Source of the DNA: Alphaproteobacteria bacterium
GTDB lineage: Bacteria > Pseudomonadota > Alphaproteobacteria > CADEGL01
Length of the DNA: 64,000 nucleotides
Direction of reading: 5' to 3'
NCBI GenBank assembly: GCA_026400755.1
Contig: JAPLOM010000030.1
Coordinates: 7,145-71,144, forward strand
Each line of letters starts with the position of its first letter. Within the stretch, counting starts at the first letter, position 1. Positions 28,539 through 38,479 of this stretch are shown here, piece by piece. The translations under genes and the position numbers were made by a program. The notes beneath the pieces were generated by a model. That model made no database searches. It was not told the origin of the DNA and saw nothing but the letters and a program-made list of their open reading frames with translations.

Positions 28539-28647
28539 GATCGCCCCAATTCTGGCTCCCGTATATCCCCGGCCTTTCTGGCCCTAGAATGGGGACGATA
28601 GCCCGGCGGAAGCCCGGCGCAAGCGTGGATCGCGGCAATCGGTCTGC

Positions 28648-30498
28648 ATGAGCCATGGAATCGCCCTGCGCGGGGCCAAACGGCGCGCCCCCGATGATGA
28701 TCTGGCCGATCGGCTGAAAAGCCTGGGCGAGATCGCAAGCGATGTCAGCTCGGAAGGCGATCTCGTGACCGTGCTGGGCCGCATCGCGATGGCGGTCTGC
28801 CGTCATTCGTCGTGGACGTCCAGCGGCATCATGGCGATCGACCGGGATGAGGGTTACTCGGTCCTGATCGCCAACTACGATCCCTATGCCAAGCCCAAGG
28901 TGGACTACGCGCGCCGCTGGCAACTCGACACCAGCCCGACGCTCGCGGTGATCGCCAAGAACCGTCCACTGGTGATCGATGACGCGCCCAACGATGAGCG
29001 TTATCCGGGCTATCGCGAGGATGCGCGCAGCCGAGGCTATGTCACGGCGGCCCTGTTCCCCTTGAACGTCGAGGACGGAAACGGCCGTCCCATGGTGCTG
29101 TCGGTCCAGTCGCGCCGTCGGGTCCAGGTGGGCGACGACGATTTGGCCTTCCTCGAAGCCGTCACCAGCCTGGCGCGCCTCGCGGTCGAGAAAGGAAGCC
29201 GGCTGCGCGCCGAGCAGGCCCAGGCGGACAAGCTCCGAAAGGCGCTCGGCGCACATGCCCGCCTGATGGACGTGGTGCTGCATGACAGCACGCTGCGCGG
29301 CGTGTCGGCCACGATCGAAACCCTGCTGTCCCATCCTTTCATCGTCGTCGACGCGACCGCGGGGCTGGTCGTATGTGGACGTTCGCCGGCGCCGGATCGT
29401 TTCCCCGAAGCCGTGTGGCGCGATCTTCTGACGTCCAAGGCGGCGCGCCATCTCACCACCTTTGCCCGCACGTTCGAACCGTCGGATGCCGAGCGCGCGA
29501 TCGATCTGCGCGCCTGCGGCATCGACTTCGCGGCGGCCGCGAATGTCGCGCCGTTGACCGTGGATGGCGAACGAGTGGGCGCCTTCATCGTCTTTCCCGG
29601 CGCCGAACCGCTCGACGATCTGGAATTGCTGATCGCCAACGCGGTCAAGTTCGCCCTGGCCGTGCAGATGATGCGCGGCCTGATCAGCTTCCGCGTCGAG
29701 ACCCGGTCTTTGTCCGATCTGCTGGGGCAGCTGTTCCGGGGCGAATGGAGCAACCGCGAGGATATGGTCGCCCGCGCCGGACAGTTCGACCTTCCGCTCG
29801 ATCGTCCCACGCGCCTCTTGGTCGTCGCGGCGTCCGCGCCGGGCGCCGCCGCGGATGATTCTCATTTCCTGCGTACCTTGACCCGGACGGCGCGGATCGT
29901 TCGCCCCGATGCGCGCGCCGCCGCCGATGGCGGCGACACCGTCGTCGTCGTGCCGGGTTCGGACGCCGAGAACGACCGGGCATGGTCACGCTTGGCCAAC
30001 CGGGTGGCCGATGAGGCTCAGGCGTTCTTTGACGGCGCCATCGTGGCCGCGAGCGGCGTTTGCTATCGCCTGGAGGATTTCGGTGCCGCGCGCGAGGCGT
30101 GCCGCCGCGCGATCAACCTGGCGCGGATGTTCGGCAAGCGCGGATTGATCGCGGAATCCGAATTTGGTCCCTATGCGCTTCTACTATCCGCCATGGACCG
30201 CGAGGCCATGCGGCGTTTCGTGCAGGACAGGCTGGGGCCGGTCCTGGCCTATGACAGTCGCCACGGCGGGGACCTGGTGCCCACCTTGGAGGCGTTCCTG
30301 GCTAGCGGCTGCCGCTACCAGGCTTGCGCCGACGCCATGGCCATCCACGTCACGACCCTGCGCTATCGTCTGTCGCGGGTGTCCGAGCTGTTTAACATCA
30401 GCCTCGAAGACCCGGATTCTCGCTTCGGTCTCGATTTGGCGCTGCGCCTGCGGCGCATGATGGAGCAGCCCGTCCCGGGCATCCCTAGCCGTTCCTAA
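28648..30498 (+). CDS. PucR/CdaR family transcriptional regulator with N-terminal GAF domain
   Basis: GAF domain, GGDEF-like middle domain, C-terminal YDSRHGGDLVPTLEAFL...AMAIHVTTLRYRLSRV HTH. Confidence 0.88.
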   Translation: MSHGIALRGAKRRAPDDDLADRLKSLGEIASDVSSEGDLVTVLGRIAMAVCRHSSWTSSGIMAIDRDEGYSVLIANYDPYAKPKVDYARRWQLDTSPTLAVIAKNRPLVIDDAPNDERYPGYREDARSRGYVTAALFPLNVEDGNGRPMVLSVQSRRRVQVGDDDLAFLEAVTSLARLAVEKGSRLRAEQAQADKLRKALGAHARLMDVVLHDSTLRGVSATIETLLSHPFIVVDATAGLVVCGRSPAPDRFPEAVWRDLLTSKAARHLTTFARTFEPSDAERAIDLRACGIDFAAAANVAPLTVDGERVGAFIVFPGAEPLDDLELLIANAVKFALAVQMMRGLISFRVETRSLSDLLGQLFRGEWSNREDMVARAGQFDLPLDRPTRLLVVAASAPGAAADDSHFLRTLTRTARIVRPDARAAADGGDTVVVVPGSDAENDRAWSRLANRVADEAQAFFDGAIVAASGVCYRLEDFGAAREACRRAINLARMFGKRGLIAESEFGPYALLLSAMDREAMRRFVQDRLGPVLAYDSRHGGDLVPTLEAFLASGCRYQACADAMAIHVTTLRYRLSRVSELFNISLEDPDSRFGLDLALRLRRMMEQPVPGIPSRS

Positions 30499-30521
30499 GG
30501 TTCCTACGAATCATAGGAACC
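30499..30521. promoter_or_regulatory. Palindromic putative operator upstream of the LLM gene
   Basis: GGTTCCTA-N7-TAGGAACC perfect 8-bp inverted repeat, plus a third GTTCCTA half-site at 30491-30497; no U-tract. Confidence 0.45.
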
Positions 30522-30662
30522 AGACCCCCGGGTTTCCCAGGTTCGCCTCATAGGTCTTGTCCACCCTCCTTGCTACAGAAAACGCCGCAGGGCGTGCTTT
30601 CGCACGTCCGCGAGGACCCCCAGGACGCATTTTCAATGCGCGAGGGGCAGGGAGGCGAAGCG

Positions 30663-31727
30663 ATGCAGTTCGGATTGGTGATCGACCTGACCCGGCAGAC
30701 CCCTGATCAGCGGATGGAGCAGGTCAACGAGGAGGTTCTCGAGTTGGTGCAGATGGCCGAGGCCGGCGGTTTCCATTCCGCCTACGCGGCCGAGCACCAC
30801 ACGATCGAGTTCATCGTCGGGCCGAATCCGTTCCAGGTCCTCGTCTATTGGGGCTCGCATACGAAGACCATCCGGCTGGGAACGGCCGTGGCCGTGGCGC
30901 CCTATTGGCATCCGATTCGCTTGGCGGGCGAGGCCGCGCTGGCTGACGTCCTGACGGGCGGCCGCATCGAACTCGGCATCGGACGCGGCGCCTATCAGCA
31001 CGAGTTCGACCGCATGACCGGCGGCATGATCCAGCAGAAGGGCGGCGCCTATATGCGCGAGATGTTGCCCGCGATCTTCAAGCTCTGGCAGGGCGACTAC
31101 GCCCACGATGGCGATTTGTGGAAGTGGCCGAAGGCCACCTCAGTCCCCAAGCCTTTGCAGAATCCCTTGCCGACCTGGGTGGCGGCGCGCGATCCGGACA
31201 CCTTCGATTTCGCGATCAAGAACGGCTGCGACATCATGTCGACGCCCTTGTCCAAGCCTTTCGCCGAATGCGAAGTGCTGGCCACCAAGCTGCAGAAATC
31301 GATCGCGGACAATCCGGGCTATCGCCGGCCCCGCTGGTCCATCCTGCGCCGCGCTTGCGTTTATGACGCGCCGGATGGCTGGAAGGTGCCTGTCGAGTGC
31401 TCGATCCGCTACGGCCGCGGGTTCGAAAACCTCTTCCGCCAGTTGGGCGACGTGCACAACGGCTTCCCCGAGCTCATCAGCTTCGAGGACGCGCAGGACA
31501 AGGCGGTCTATCACCCCGACGCAGTGCGGACCAGCATGGTCTTCGGCACGCCGCCAGAGGTCGTTTCGCATTTACGGAAATACGAAGCCATTGGCTGCGA
31601 CATTTTCCTTTTCGGCATGAGCTACGGTCTGCCCCACGACGTGGCCAAGCGCTCGCTGCGCCTGTTCATCGACGAGGTCATGCCGCACTTTGCCGAAAAA
31701 GGCGCAAAAGGCGTCGCGGCCCAATAA
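30663..31727 (+). CDS. LLM-class flavin-dependent oxidoreductase (luciferase-like monooxygenase)
   Basis: AEHHT, IRLGTAVAVAPYWHPIRLAGEAALADVLTGGRIELGIGRG, VFGTPPEV. Confidence 0.9.
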   Translation: MQFGLVIDLTRQTPDQRMEQVNEEVLELVQMAEAGGFHSAYAAEHHTIEFIVGPNPFQVLVYWGSHTKTIRLGTAVAVAPYWHPIRLAGEAALADVLTGGRIELGIGRGAYQHEFDRMTGGMIQQKGGAYMREMLPAIFKLWQGDYAHDGDLWKWPKATSVPKPLQNPLPTWVAARDPDTFDFAIKNGCDIMSTPLSKPFAECEVLATKLQKSIADNPGYRRPRWSILRRACVYDAPDGWKVPVECSIRYGRGFENLFRQLGDVHNGFPELISFEDAQDKAVYHPDAVRTSMVFGTPPEVVSHLRKYEAIGCDIFLFGMSYGLPHDVAKRSLRLFIDEVMPHFAEKGAKGVAAQ

Positions 31728-31895
31728 TATCTCGCCCCCGGAGACCTAGAGCCTCCGGGGGTGGCCCATTCATTTTGGTTGCCGGACCTATGCTTCGATC
31801 ATAGCATCGGAGCCGTTAGCCATTTGCCGCGGGCCGTTCGAGGCTCGACGAAGATGGCTGGCGCAATAACTGCGTCCAGACGTCTCGAAAATTCC

Positions 31896-32576
31896 ATGAC
31901 ATTCGATTTATCGCATCTTGGATTGCGCCTAAGCGGCACTTCGGCGCGGTGGCGACGCATGGTTGCTGTGGCGCGCGTGGGTGCGCTGGCGCTGCTTCTG
32001 TCCCTGTCGCTGTTCATGCCGGCCGAGGTGCGAGCGCAGGAGACCCCCAAGGCCACCATCGATAACTTCTATGCCACGCTTCTCGGCGTGATGAAGCAGG
32101 CCAAGACGCTCGGTTACCAGGGGCGCTATGCCAAGCTTGAGCCGGTGGTCGACAAGACGTTCAACCTGAACGACATGGGCCGTCTGGCCATCGGTCCCCA
32201 ATGGGCCAAGCTTTCGCCTGACGAGCAGGCGCGTGTTCTCGACGTCTTTCGACGCTTTACGGTCGCCAGCTATGCGGCGCAGTTCAACGGCTATGGTGGT
32301 GAACGGTTCGAGGTCGGCAACGAGATGCCGATGCAGCAGGGCAATCTGATTGTCGACAGCAAGCTGATCCAGGGCAACGGCTCTCCGGTCAGCATGAATT
32401 ATTTGATGCGGAAATACGGCGACCGCTGGCAAATTATCGATGTCTTCATCGACGGAACGCTAAGCGAGGTGTCCCGCCGGCGTTCCGAGTTCACCTCGGT
32501 CATCGCCCGCGGCGGTATCGAAAGCCTGATCAAGCTTCTCGAACAGAAGATCCAAGTTCTGCAGAAATCCGCTTAG
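31896..32576 (+). CDS. hpnM: MlaC/Ttg2D-family periplasmic lipid-binding protein, HpnM-like
   Basis: Signal peptide, GYQGRYAKLEPVV, WQIIDVFIDGTLSEVSRRRSEF; convergent with hpnN. Start uncertain (31854, 31896 or 31959). Confidence 0.75.
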   Translation: MTFDLSHLGLRLSGTSARWRRMVAVARVGALALLLSLSLFMPAEVRAQETPKATIDNFYATLLGVMKQAKTLGYQGRYAKLEPVVDKTFNLNDMGRLAIGPQWAKLSPDEQARVLDVFRRFTVASYAAQFNGYGGERFEVGNEMPMQQGNLIVDSKLIQGNGSPVSMNYLMRKYGDRWQIIDVFIDGTLSEVSRRRSEFTSVIARGGIESLIKLLEQKIQVLQKSA

Positions 32577-35176
32577 TCCAAAGCGGATTTTCGCGGCGCC
32601 GGCCCGTCTTTCGGCGGCGGTCCCAGCAGGGCCGGCAGCACGAACAGCGTGCAGAACAGCGCATAAGCCAGCATCAAGGCCAAAAGCACGCCCATGCCGG
32701 ACGTCCCGGGATGGGCCGACAGCGCCAGGCTGCCGAACGCAACGCCCGTCGTCAGGCCGCTATACAGGATGGCGCGGGCCAGGCTCGATTGCAGCGGGTT
32801 CCCACGGCCCGCGCGCCAGTTGGTCACGAAATAGATGTCGAACGCGACGCCGATGCCTAGCAGGAGAGGCAAAGCGATGATGTTCGCGAAATTAAGCGGC
32901 ATGCGGAAAATAACCATCGTGCCCGCGGTGAGGAGTCCGGCGAGGGCCAGTGGCGCCAACACGAGAAGGATGTCGCGGACGCGGCGCAGGACGATGGCCA
33001 ACAGCAGCGTGATGGTGACCAGCGCAGCTAGGCCCGCGATCTTGAACGCTTGCACCACCGTGTTGCCTGATTCGAGGATGGTGATCGGGCTCCCGGTCAC
33101 GTCCGGGGAGACGGCCAGCGTGGCCTTGGCGAAGCGACGGATCACGTCGTTGTCCCGGACGTCGCCCTTGGGAGAGATTTCGAGGCGCGCGTGGCCGCCC
33201 TTGTCGATCCAATTGCGCCGCAGGTCGTCCGGTATGGTTTCGAGGGTCACAGGTCCGGCCTGAAGCGCCTCGCGCAGCATACCGACGCGCCGGTCGAGTC
33301 CGGACAGAAGCGCCTTGTTCAAGGTATCGACCGGCAGAGGAATTTGCGCCAGCAGCGCGCGAAGCCCAGCCGCCAAGCGGCGCGTGGCATCCGTGCCGCC
33401 GCCGGCCAGCCGTTCCAGCCGCCCCGCGCAATCCGTCATCGTGGCGCGAATCTCTTCCTCGGTGGGCGGCGCCCCGGCTGGAGGCAATGAAAGCGTCGGG
33501 CCCAACAGCATGTTCAGGTCTTCGATGATGGGCAGCTTCTTGTCCTGATCCTGCGGTACGAAGCTGGCCAGCGTCAGGGTACGCTCGACCTCCGGCAGGG
33601 CCTTCATCCGTGCGCCCAAAGCTTGCGCGTCGATCAGCGACGGAGCCAGCACATCGGCCGTGAAGGGCGAGGTGTCCGGGTCCGCGATCAGCTCGAACAT
33701 CGTCGCGGCCGATTCGGTGTGCGGATCTTTCAGGTTGAGCGGATTGAAATCGAAACGCAGGAACGGCAACAAGGCGGCGCAAGCCAACGCGGCCACAACA
33801 GCGCCGGCGATTACGGTCTTCCGGCGGTGCAATAGGAAGGCGTCCACCGCGCCGGCGCGCGCGAAGCCGATGGGTTCCGGCTCTCCGGGTGGGCGCAGCA
33901 CCGCGATCAGCGCGGGCAGCAGGGTCAGGGTGATGATCAAGGCGATCACCATGCCGCCGCCGGCGATGATGCCCAGTTCCGAGATCCCGGCGTATTCCGT
34001 TGGCAGGAAAGACAGGAAACCCAGCAAGGTGGACAGGGCGGCCAGCGCCAGCGACGCGCCGATCATGGAGGCCGTGCGGCGCAAGGCGCCCGGCAACGCA
34101 TCGTGGCGGTGCCGCTCGTCGCGGTAGCGCATGCAAAACTGGATGCCGAAATCGACCGCGATGCCGACGAACAACACCGCGAACGCGACCGAGATCATGT
34201 TGAGCGCGCCGACGGTGGCCGCTGCGAAGGCCGCGGTCGCGATCAAGCCGGACACCAGCGTGACAAGCACCGCGAAGATCAGCCGGCCGGATCGCAAGGC
34301 AAGAAAGAGGATCACCGAAACCAGCACGATCGAAGCCACGGTCGCGAGCCCGGTTCCCTCGGCGACGGTCGCGAACTCGTCGTCGGACAAAGGGACGCTG
34401 CCGGTCAGGCGCACGCGCACGCCGTTCTCTGGCGTCAGATTCAGTTCGCGCGCAGCGGCGCGGATGGCGTCGCTGGATTTCGCGCCGGGTTGGAGCGCGT
34501 TGTAGTCCAAGACTGCTTGGACGAGGACGAAGCGGCGCAGTTCCAGTGGGCCAGGCGTCCGTCCCGTCAGCATGGTCTGCCACGAAACGGGCTTGGGCTG
34601 CCCCTTCACGACCGATTCGACTGAATCGGCAAAGGCCGCGATGGGACGCTCGAAGCCGGATAACGGGATGATGCCCCGCTCGACGCCTTCAAGCGCCAGA
34701 TTGAGCGTGCCGAACACCCCGCGCAGGCTGGGATCGGCGTTCAGCGTGCCCAAAAGCGGCTGAGCCTCGATCAGCTGGTCCGCGACCTTCTGAAGCTCTT
34801 CGGTTGAAAGAAACAGAAGGCCGTACCGGCGGAAGAAGGGAATGCCGTCGGGCCGATAGATGGTTCTGAACAGCGACGTGTCGGCGGACAGCTTGTCGGC
34901 CAGGGCTTGGGCCGCGTCGTCGGCCAAATCGGCGGTGACGCCGTCAATGACGATGACCGTACGGTCGGTCATTTGCGGGAATGCCGCATCGAACGCGCGT
35001 TCGCGCGCGCGCCACGGGGTATCCGATGCGATGAGATCGTCGGTGTTGGTGTTCATCACTAGGTGGGTGGCGGCGTACCAACCCAAACTCACGGTCACCA
35101 GAAGCGCGATCGCGAGGACGGCCGGCGCCTTTGCCCGACAGGTTTCGACGATGCGGACGATCAGGTCGCTGATCAC
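32573..35176 (-). CDS. hpnN: MMPL/RND hopanoid transporter HpnN
   Basis: Two TM bundles with VGIAVDFGIQF and GIGVAFDIYF, LNLKDPHTES, SAHPGTSGMG. GTG start overlaps the upstream stop. Confidence 0.85.
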   Translation of the reverse strand: MISDLIVRIVETCRAKAPAVLAIALLVTVSLGWYAATHLVMNTNTDDLIASDTPWRARERAFDAAFPQMTDRTVIVIDGVTADLADDAAQALADKLSADTSLFRTIYRPDGIPFFRRYGLLFLSTEELQKVADQLIEAQPLLGTLNADPSLRGVFGTLNLALEGVERGIIPLSGFERPIAAFADSVESVVKGQPKPVSWQTMLTGRTPGPLELRRFVLVQAVLDYNALQPGAKSSDAIRAAARELNLTPENGVRVRLTGSVPLSDDEFATVAEGTGLATVASIVLVSVILFLALRSGRLIFAVLVTLVSGLIATAAFAAATVGALNMISVAFAVLFVGIAVDFGIQFCMRYRDERHRHDALPGALRRTASMIGASLALAALSTLLGFLSFLPTEYAGISELGIIAGGGMVIALIITLTLLPALIAVLRPPGEPEPIGFARAGAVDAFLLHRRKTVIAGAVVAALACAALLPFLRFDFNPLNLKDPHTESAATMFELIADPDTSPFTADVLAPSLIDAQALGARMKALPEVERTLTLASFVPQDQDKKLPIIEDLNMLLGPTLSLPPAGAPPTEEEIRATMTDCAGRLERLAGGGTDATRRLAAGLRALLAQIPLPVDTLNKALLSGLDRRVGMLREALQAGPVTLETIPDDLRRNWIDKGGHARLEISPKGDVRDNDVIRRFAKATLAVSPDVTGSPITILESGNTVVQAFKIAGLAALVTITLLLAIVLRRVRDILLVLAPLALAGLLTAGTMVIFRMPLNFANIIALPLLLGIGVAFDIYFVTNWRAGRGNPLQSSLARAILYSGLTTGVAFGSLALSAHPGTSGMGVLLALMLAYALFCTLFVLPALLGPPPKDGPAPRKSALD

Positions 35177-36837
35177 AGGGCGGCCGTATCTCGGTAAAAG
35201 ATCAAGATCAGTCCGATCACGACGAAGCAAATTCGCCAAATCCAGGACGGAATGGTGGCGTTTTCAGGTGGCAGACGCAGTTCGAGCCAGCGCGACCAGC
35301 CCGCGACCACGCCGAAGAAACCGATCATCAGGTGGGAGTATTCGACCAGAAGGGCGTCCTTGAAGTTGCTGAGCGCATGGCTGTGGGTCAGTAGGAACGC
35401 GGCGCCGATGCCGGTCAGGACGGGGAACACCAGTGCTGCCCGCGGCGATTTCACATAGCCGGTTCGCACCCCCCACTCGAAGAATGAGAATGCGACCACC
35501 AGAAGGACGATCAGTCGGTGTTGCAGCGATTCCGTGTCGGCGAAGCTCTCGAAAAAGCCATTGTCGCCCATCGGCCAGTTCGACGGGTCCGACCGGATGA
35601 ACAGGAAAGCGGCGAGGCCCAGGAAGACGAGCGGCCAATGGCGCGCCCATCGTGCGCGGCCGGTTCGCTCGGCCAGCGCCAAAAGACCGATCGCCAGCAT
35701 GAAAATACCGGCCCAGTTGTGGTTGAACTCGGACCAGGCGCGGTCGCCATCCGTCCGCGCCAGGTTGGGGTCGGTGTCGGCTAGATTGAAGGATTGCACG
35801 GAGCGCTGCGCCAGGGCCGCGCGCTCGGCATGCTGCTCCATGGTCAAGTTGCTCAGTTCGGCGCGGGATGGACTGACCAGACGCGGCGGACCGCCCGGCA
35901 ACAGGCGCTCGATCAGTTCGCTCGCCGTCAGCCGGTCGGAAGGCAGGTCCACCGCGGGTGGCATGGATGTCAGCGACGCGGCCATCAACAGCACGGTCAC
36001 GCCGATGGCCACCTCCGCCTCGGCGAAGCGGCGCAGCCGCGTGATCGACGTCATCGGATTGCGCCGCACGCGCTCGACGACGCCGTAGTTCAGGGCGCCT
36101 AGCAGAAGAACGCAGCCGAACAACGCGGTCTTGGTCATCAGCATGGCGCCATAGGCCGTGCCGTACAGGGCCTGGAGGCTGTCGATATAGGACAGCGACA
36201 TCAGAACGCCGGCCGCGACGATGGTGGCCACGCTGACCATGCTCATGACCGAGAAACGCCGCCCCACGGTGCGGATGGCCTCGCCCGTCCGGCAGCGCCG
36301 CAGCGTCATGAGGAAATAGGGAATGCCGCCGATCCAGGCGGCCGCGCCCAACTGGTGCAACGCATCGGCGACCAACAGGATATCGCGCTGGCCCATGCGG
36401 GCGGCGGCGTGGCTGGTGGCGGTCGAGCCGGCGATGATCGCCGCGGCCAGAAGCCCAATCCATGGCAGCATCCGGCGCAGCCCCACGCGCGCCAACAACG
36501 CGATCCCCAGCGCGGTGGCGGAGCCCGTGGCCCGGCTGATGGCATAGCTGGCGCCCAACGCGTCGGCGGCGGGCATTTCGGTCGATTGCACCAGCACGAA
36601 CACCATCTGGGCCAGCGACAGGGCCTCGATGAAGGCCAACGCCAAGGCCGAGAATGTGACGAGGCGCCGGGTCGCGCGCCAGGCGCTTTCCTCGTCGGCA
36701 TCCAGGCGTCCACCGACCGGGATCAGCAGGAATGCGGCAAAGACGATGCCGCCGACGGTCAGCGATTGCGCGGCCAGGATGAAGCCGCGCAGCAGGACCG
36801 AAAAGTAGGCGAAGGTGTCGAGAACGAGGGCTGTCAT
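35173..36837 (-). CDS. CopD-family membrane protein with an extra His-rich C-terminal TM domain
   Basis: TSHAAA, DALHQLGAAAWIGG, YGTAYGAML..K, FAEAE (CopD); second domain SEFNHNWAG, QHRL, THSHAL, YSHL. Confidence 0.8.
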   Translation of the reverse strand: MTALVLDTFAYFSVLLRGFILAAQSLTVGGIVFAAFLLIPVGGRLDADEESAWRATRRLVTFSALALAFIEALSLAQMVFVLVQSTEMPAADALGASYAISRATGSATALGIALLARVGLRRMLPWIGLLAAAIIAGSTATSHAAARMGQRDILLVADALHQLGAAAWIGGIPYFLMTLRRCRTGEAIRTVGRRFSVMSMVSVATIVAAGVLMSLSYIDSLQALYGTAYGAMLMTKTALFGCVLLLGALNYGVVERVRRNPMTSITRLRRFAEAEVAIGVTVLLMAASLTSMPPAVDLPSDRLTASELIERLLPGGPPRLVSPSRAELSNLTMEQHAERAALAQRSVQSFNLADTDPNLARTDGDRAWSEFNHNWAGIFMLAIGLLALAERTGRARWARHWPLVFLGLAAFLFIRSDPSNWPMGDNGFFESFADTESLQHRLIVLLVVAFSFFEWGVRTGYVKSPRAALVFPVLTGIGAAFLLTHSHALSNFKDALLVEYSHLMIGFFGVVAGWSRWLELRLPPENATIPSWIWRICFVVIGLILIFYRDTAAL

Positions 36838-37143
36838 CGAGGTCTGGATTGGGACTTCGGGGTCATGGGCGGCTCGCAGCGCGCGTGGAAAGGGGGCTCG
36901 AAACCGCCGGAAGTGTCGTTATTGCGGTTTTTACGTGATCCAACGGTTTCGATCATTGCTGGAGGTAAGCCGATATGCCGGGATTTCAGGGGGCATGGTC
37001 TTCAGGCTGCCGCCGGTTCTTAACAAAGGTTACCGGCCCCGACAATCTAAGAAGAGGCCTGGACAGGCCCCAAGGGGCGATGCGTTGAAGTCCCGCAACC
37101 CGGCGGGCAAGATGCGCCCCCCGATCGCCGATCAAGGTGCGCC

Positions 37144-38397
37144 ATGACCAACAAGGAAGACGTCCTTCAAAACTGCCACCCGGCCCCCGAACAGCCCTTT
37201 CCGCCGGAAGAGTATAAGGCGCGTCTGAAGCGTATCCGCGAGCGGATGGCCAAGGAAAAGATCGACCTTCTGTGGGTCGGCGATCCGGCCAGCATGAACT
37301 ATATCAGCGGCTATCAGTGCGAATGGTACCAGGCCCAGAGCCCCAAGCAGTGGCCGGGCACCAGCGGCATCGCGATCCACGTGGACCACGACCATTACAT
37401 CCTCTTCGACACCATTCGCGAGATCCTCATCACGCGCTACTGCACCCATTCCACCGACACGCGCATTTTCCCCTCCTCGGGCCCCAAGGTGACGCGTGAC
37501 GGCACCGAGTTCATCGCCAACGAGCTGAAGGAATCCGGCTGGTTGAAAGACCGCGTTCGCGTGGGTCTCGAACTGTTCAGCTATCGCCCGACCCGCGTGA
37601 TCAGCGAGCGCTTCGAGGGTCGCTTCAAGGCCGCCGGCGCCATGATCGTCGATGGCAGTGATGTGATGCGCGAGGTGCGCTGGGTGAAATCGCCGTTGGA
37701 GGTGAAGTGCCTGGAGGAAGCCGGGCGCATCGCCGACAAGGGCATGGAGGCGGCCCGCGACGCCCTGCGCGTCGGCGCGACGGAACTGGAGGTCTACGGC
37801 GAGATGGTGCGCGGCCTGGCGGCAGCGGGCGGCGAGAACACGGGCCTGACCATGCCCGTCCTGTCCGGCAAGAAGTCGAACAGCCCGCACGCCGTGTCGT
37901 CGCGCAAGAAGATCGAGAAGGGCGACATCGTCATCGTCGACCTATGCGGCGTCTACAACCGCTACCACCTCAACCTGGCGCGCACCTTCTCCATGGGCGA
38001 ACCGGCCAAGGATGTGCGCGAGATGACCAAGACCTCGCTGGCTTCGATCGACATCATCCGCCAGATGATCAAGCCGAATTTGCGCGTGGGCGATTTGGCC
38101 AAGGCGCTGCTCGACTACTATAAAAAGGTCGGCATCTGGGAGGAGCGCGGTTGGATCGGCGGCTACGAAATGGGCGTCGCCATGCCGCCGGACTGGGTCG
38201 GCAATTTCGTCTTCGACCTTTTGGACGAGGGCAATCACGACCAAAAATTCGTACCCGGCACCTGCATCAACTACGAGAACCAGTTCTTCTATCCGCGCCA
38301 GACGGGCATGTACTTCATGATCGAAAGCCTCCTGTTCAAAGAGAATGGCGCCTCGATCCTGTCGAAGTTTCCGAACGATCTGAACGTGATCGACTGA
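37144..38397 (+). CDS. M24/creatinase-fold hydrolase
   Basis: Creatinase_N-like start (EEYKARLKRIRERM), VKSPLEV, SPHA, DLCGVYNRYHLNLART; metal site partly degenerate. Confidence 0.8.
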   Translation: MTNKEDVLQNCHPAPEQPFPPEEYKARLKRIRERMAKEKIDLLWVGDPASMNYISGYQCEWYQAQSPKQWPGTSGIAIHVDHDHYILFDTIREILITRYCTHSTDTRIFPSSGPKVTRDGTEFIANELKESGWLKDRVRVGLELFSYRPTRVISERFEGRFKAAGAMIVDGSDVMREVRWVKSPLEVKCLEEAGRIADKGMEAARDALRVGATELEVYGEMVRGLAAAGGENTGLTMPVLSGKKSNSPHAVSSRKKIEKGDIVIVDLCGVYNRYHLNLARTFSMGEPAKDVREMTKTSLASIDIIRQMIKPNLRVGDLAKALLDYYKKVGIWEERGWIGGYEMGVAMPPDWVGNFVFDLLDEGNHDQKFVPGTCINYENQFFYPRQTGMYFMIESLLFKENGASILSKFPNDLNVID

Positions 38398-38406
38398 ACC
38401 GGCGCG

Positions 38407-38433
38407 CGGGTGGCTGGTTGACCCAGCCACCCG
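38407..38433. terminator. Intercistronic hairpin
   Basis: CGGGTGGCTGG-N5-CCAGCCACCCG 11-bp stem. Confidence 0.5.
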
Positions 38434-38479
38434 TCTTGTCGTCCACTTGCCAACCGCCGCAAGCGCGAAAGGGAAGACC

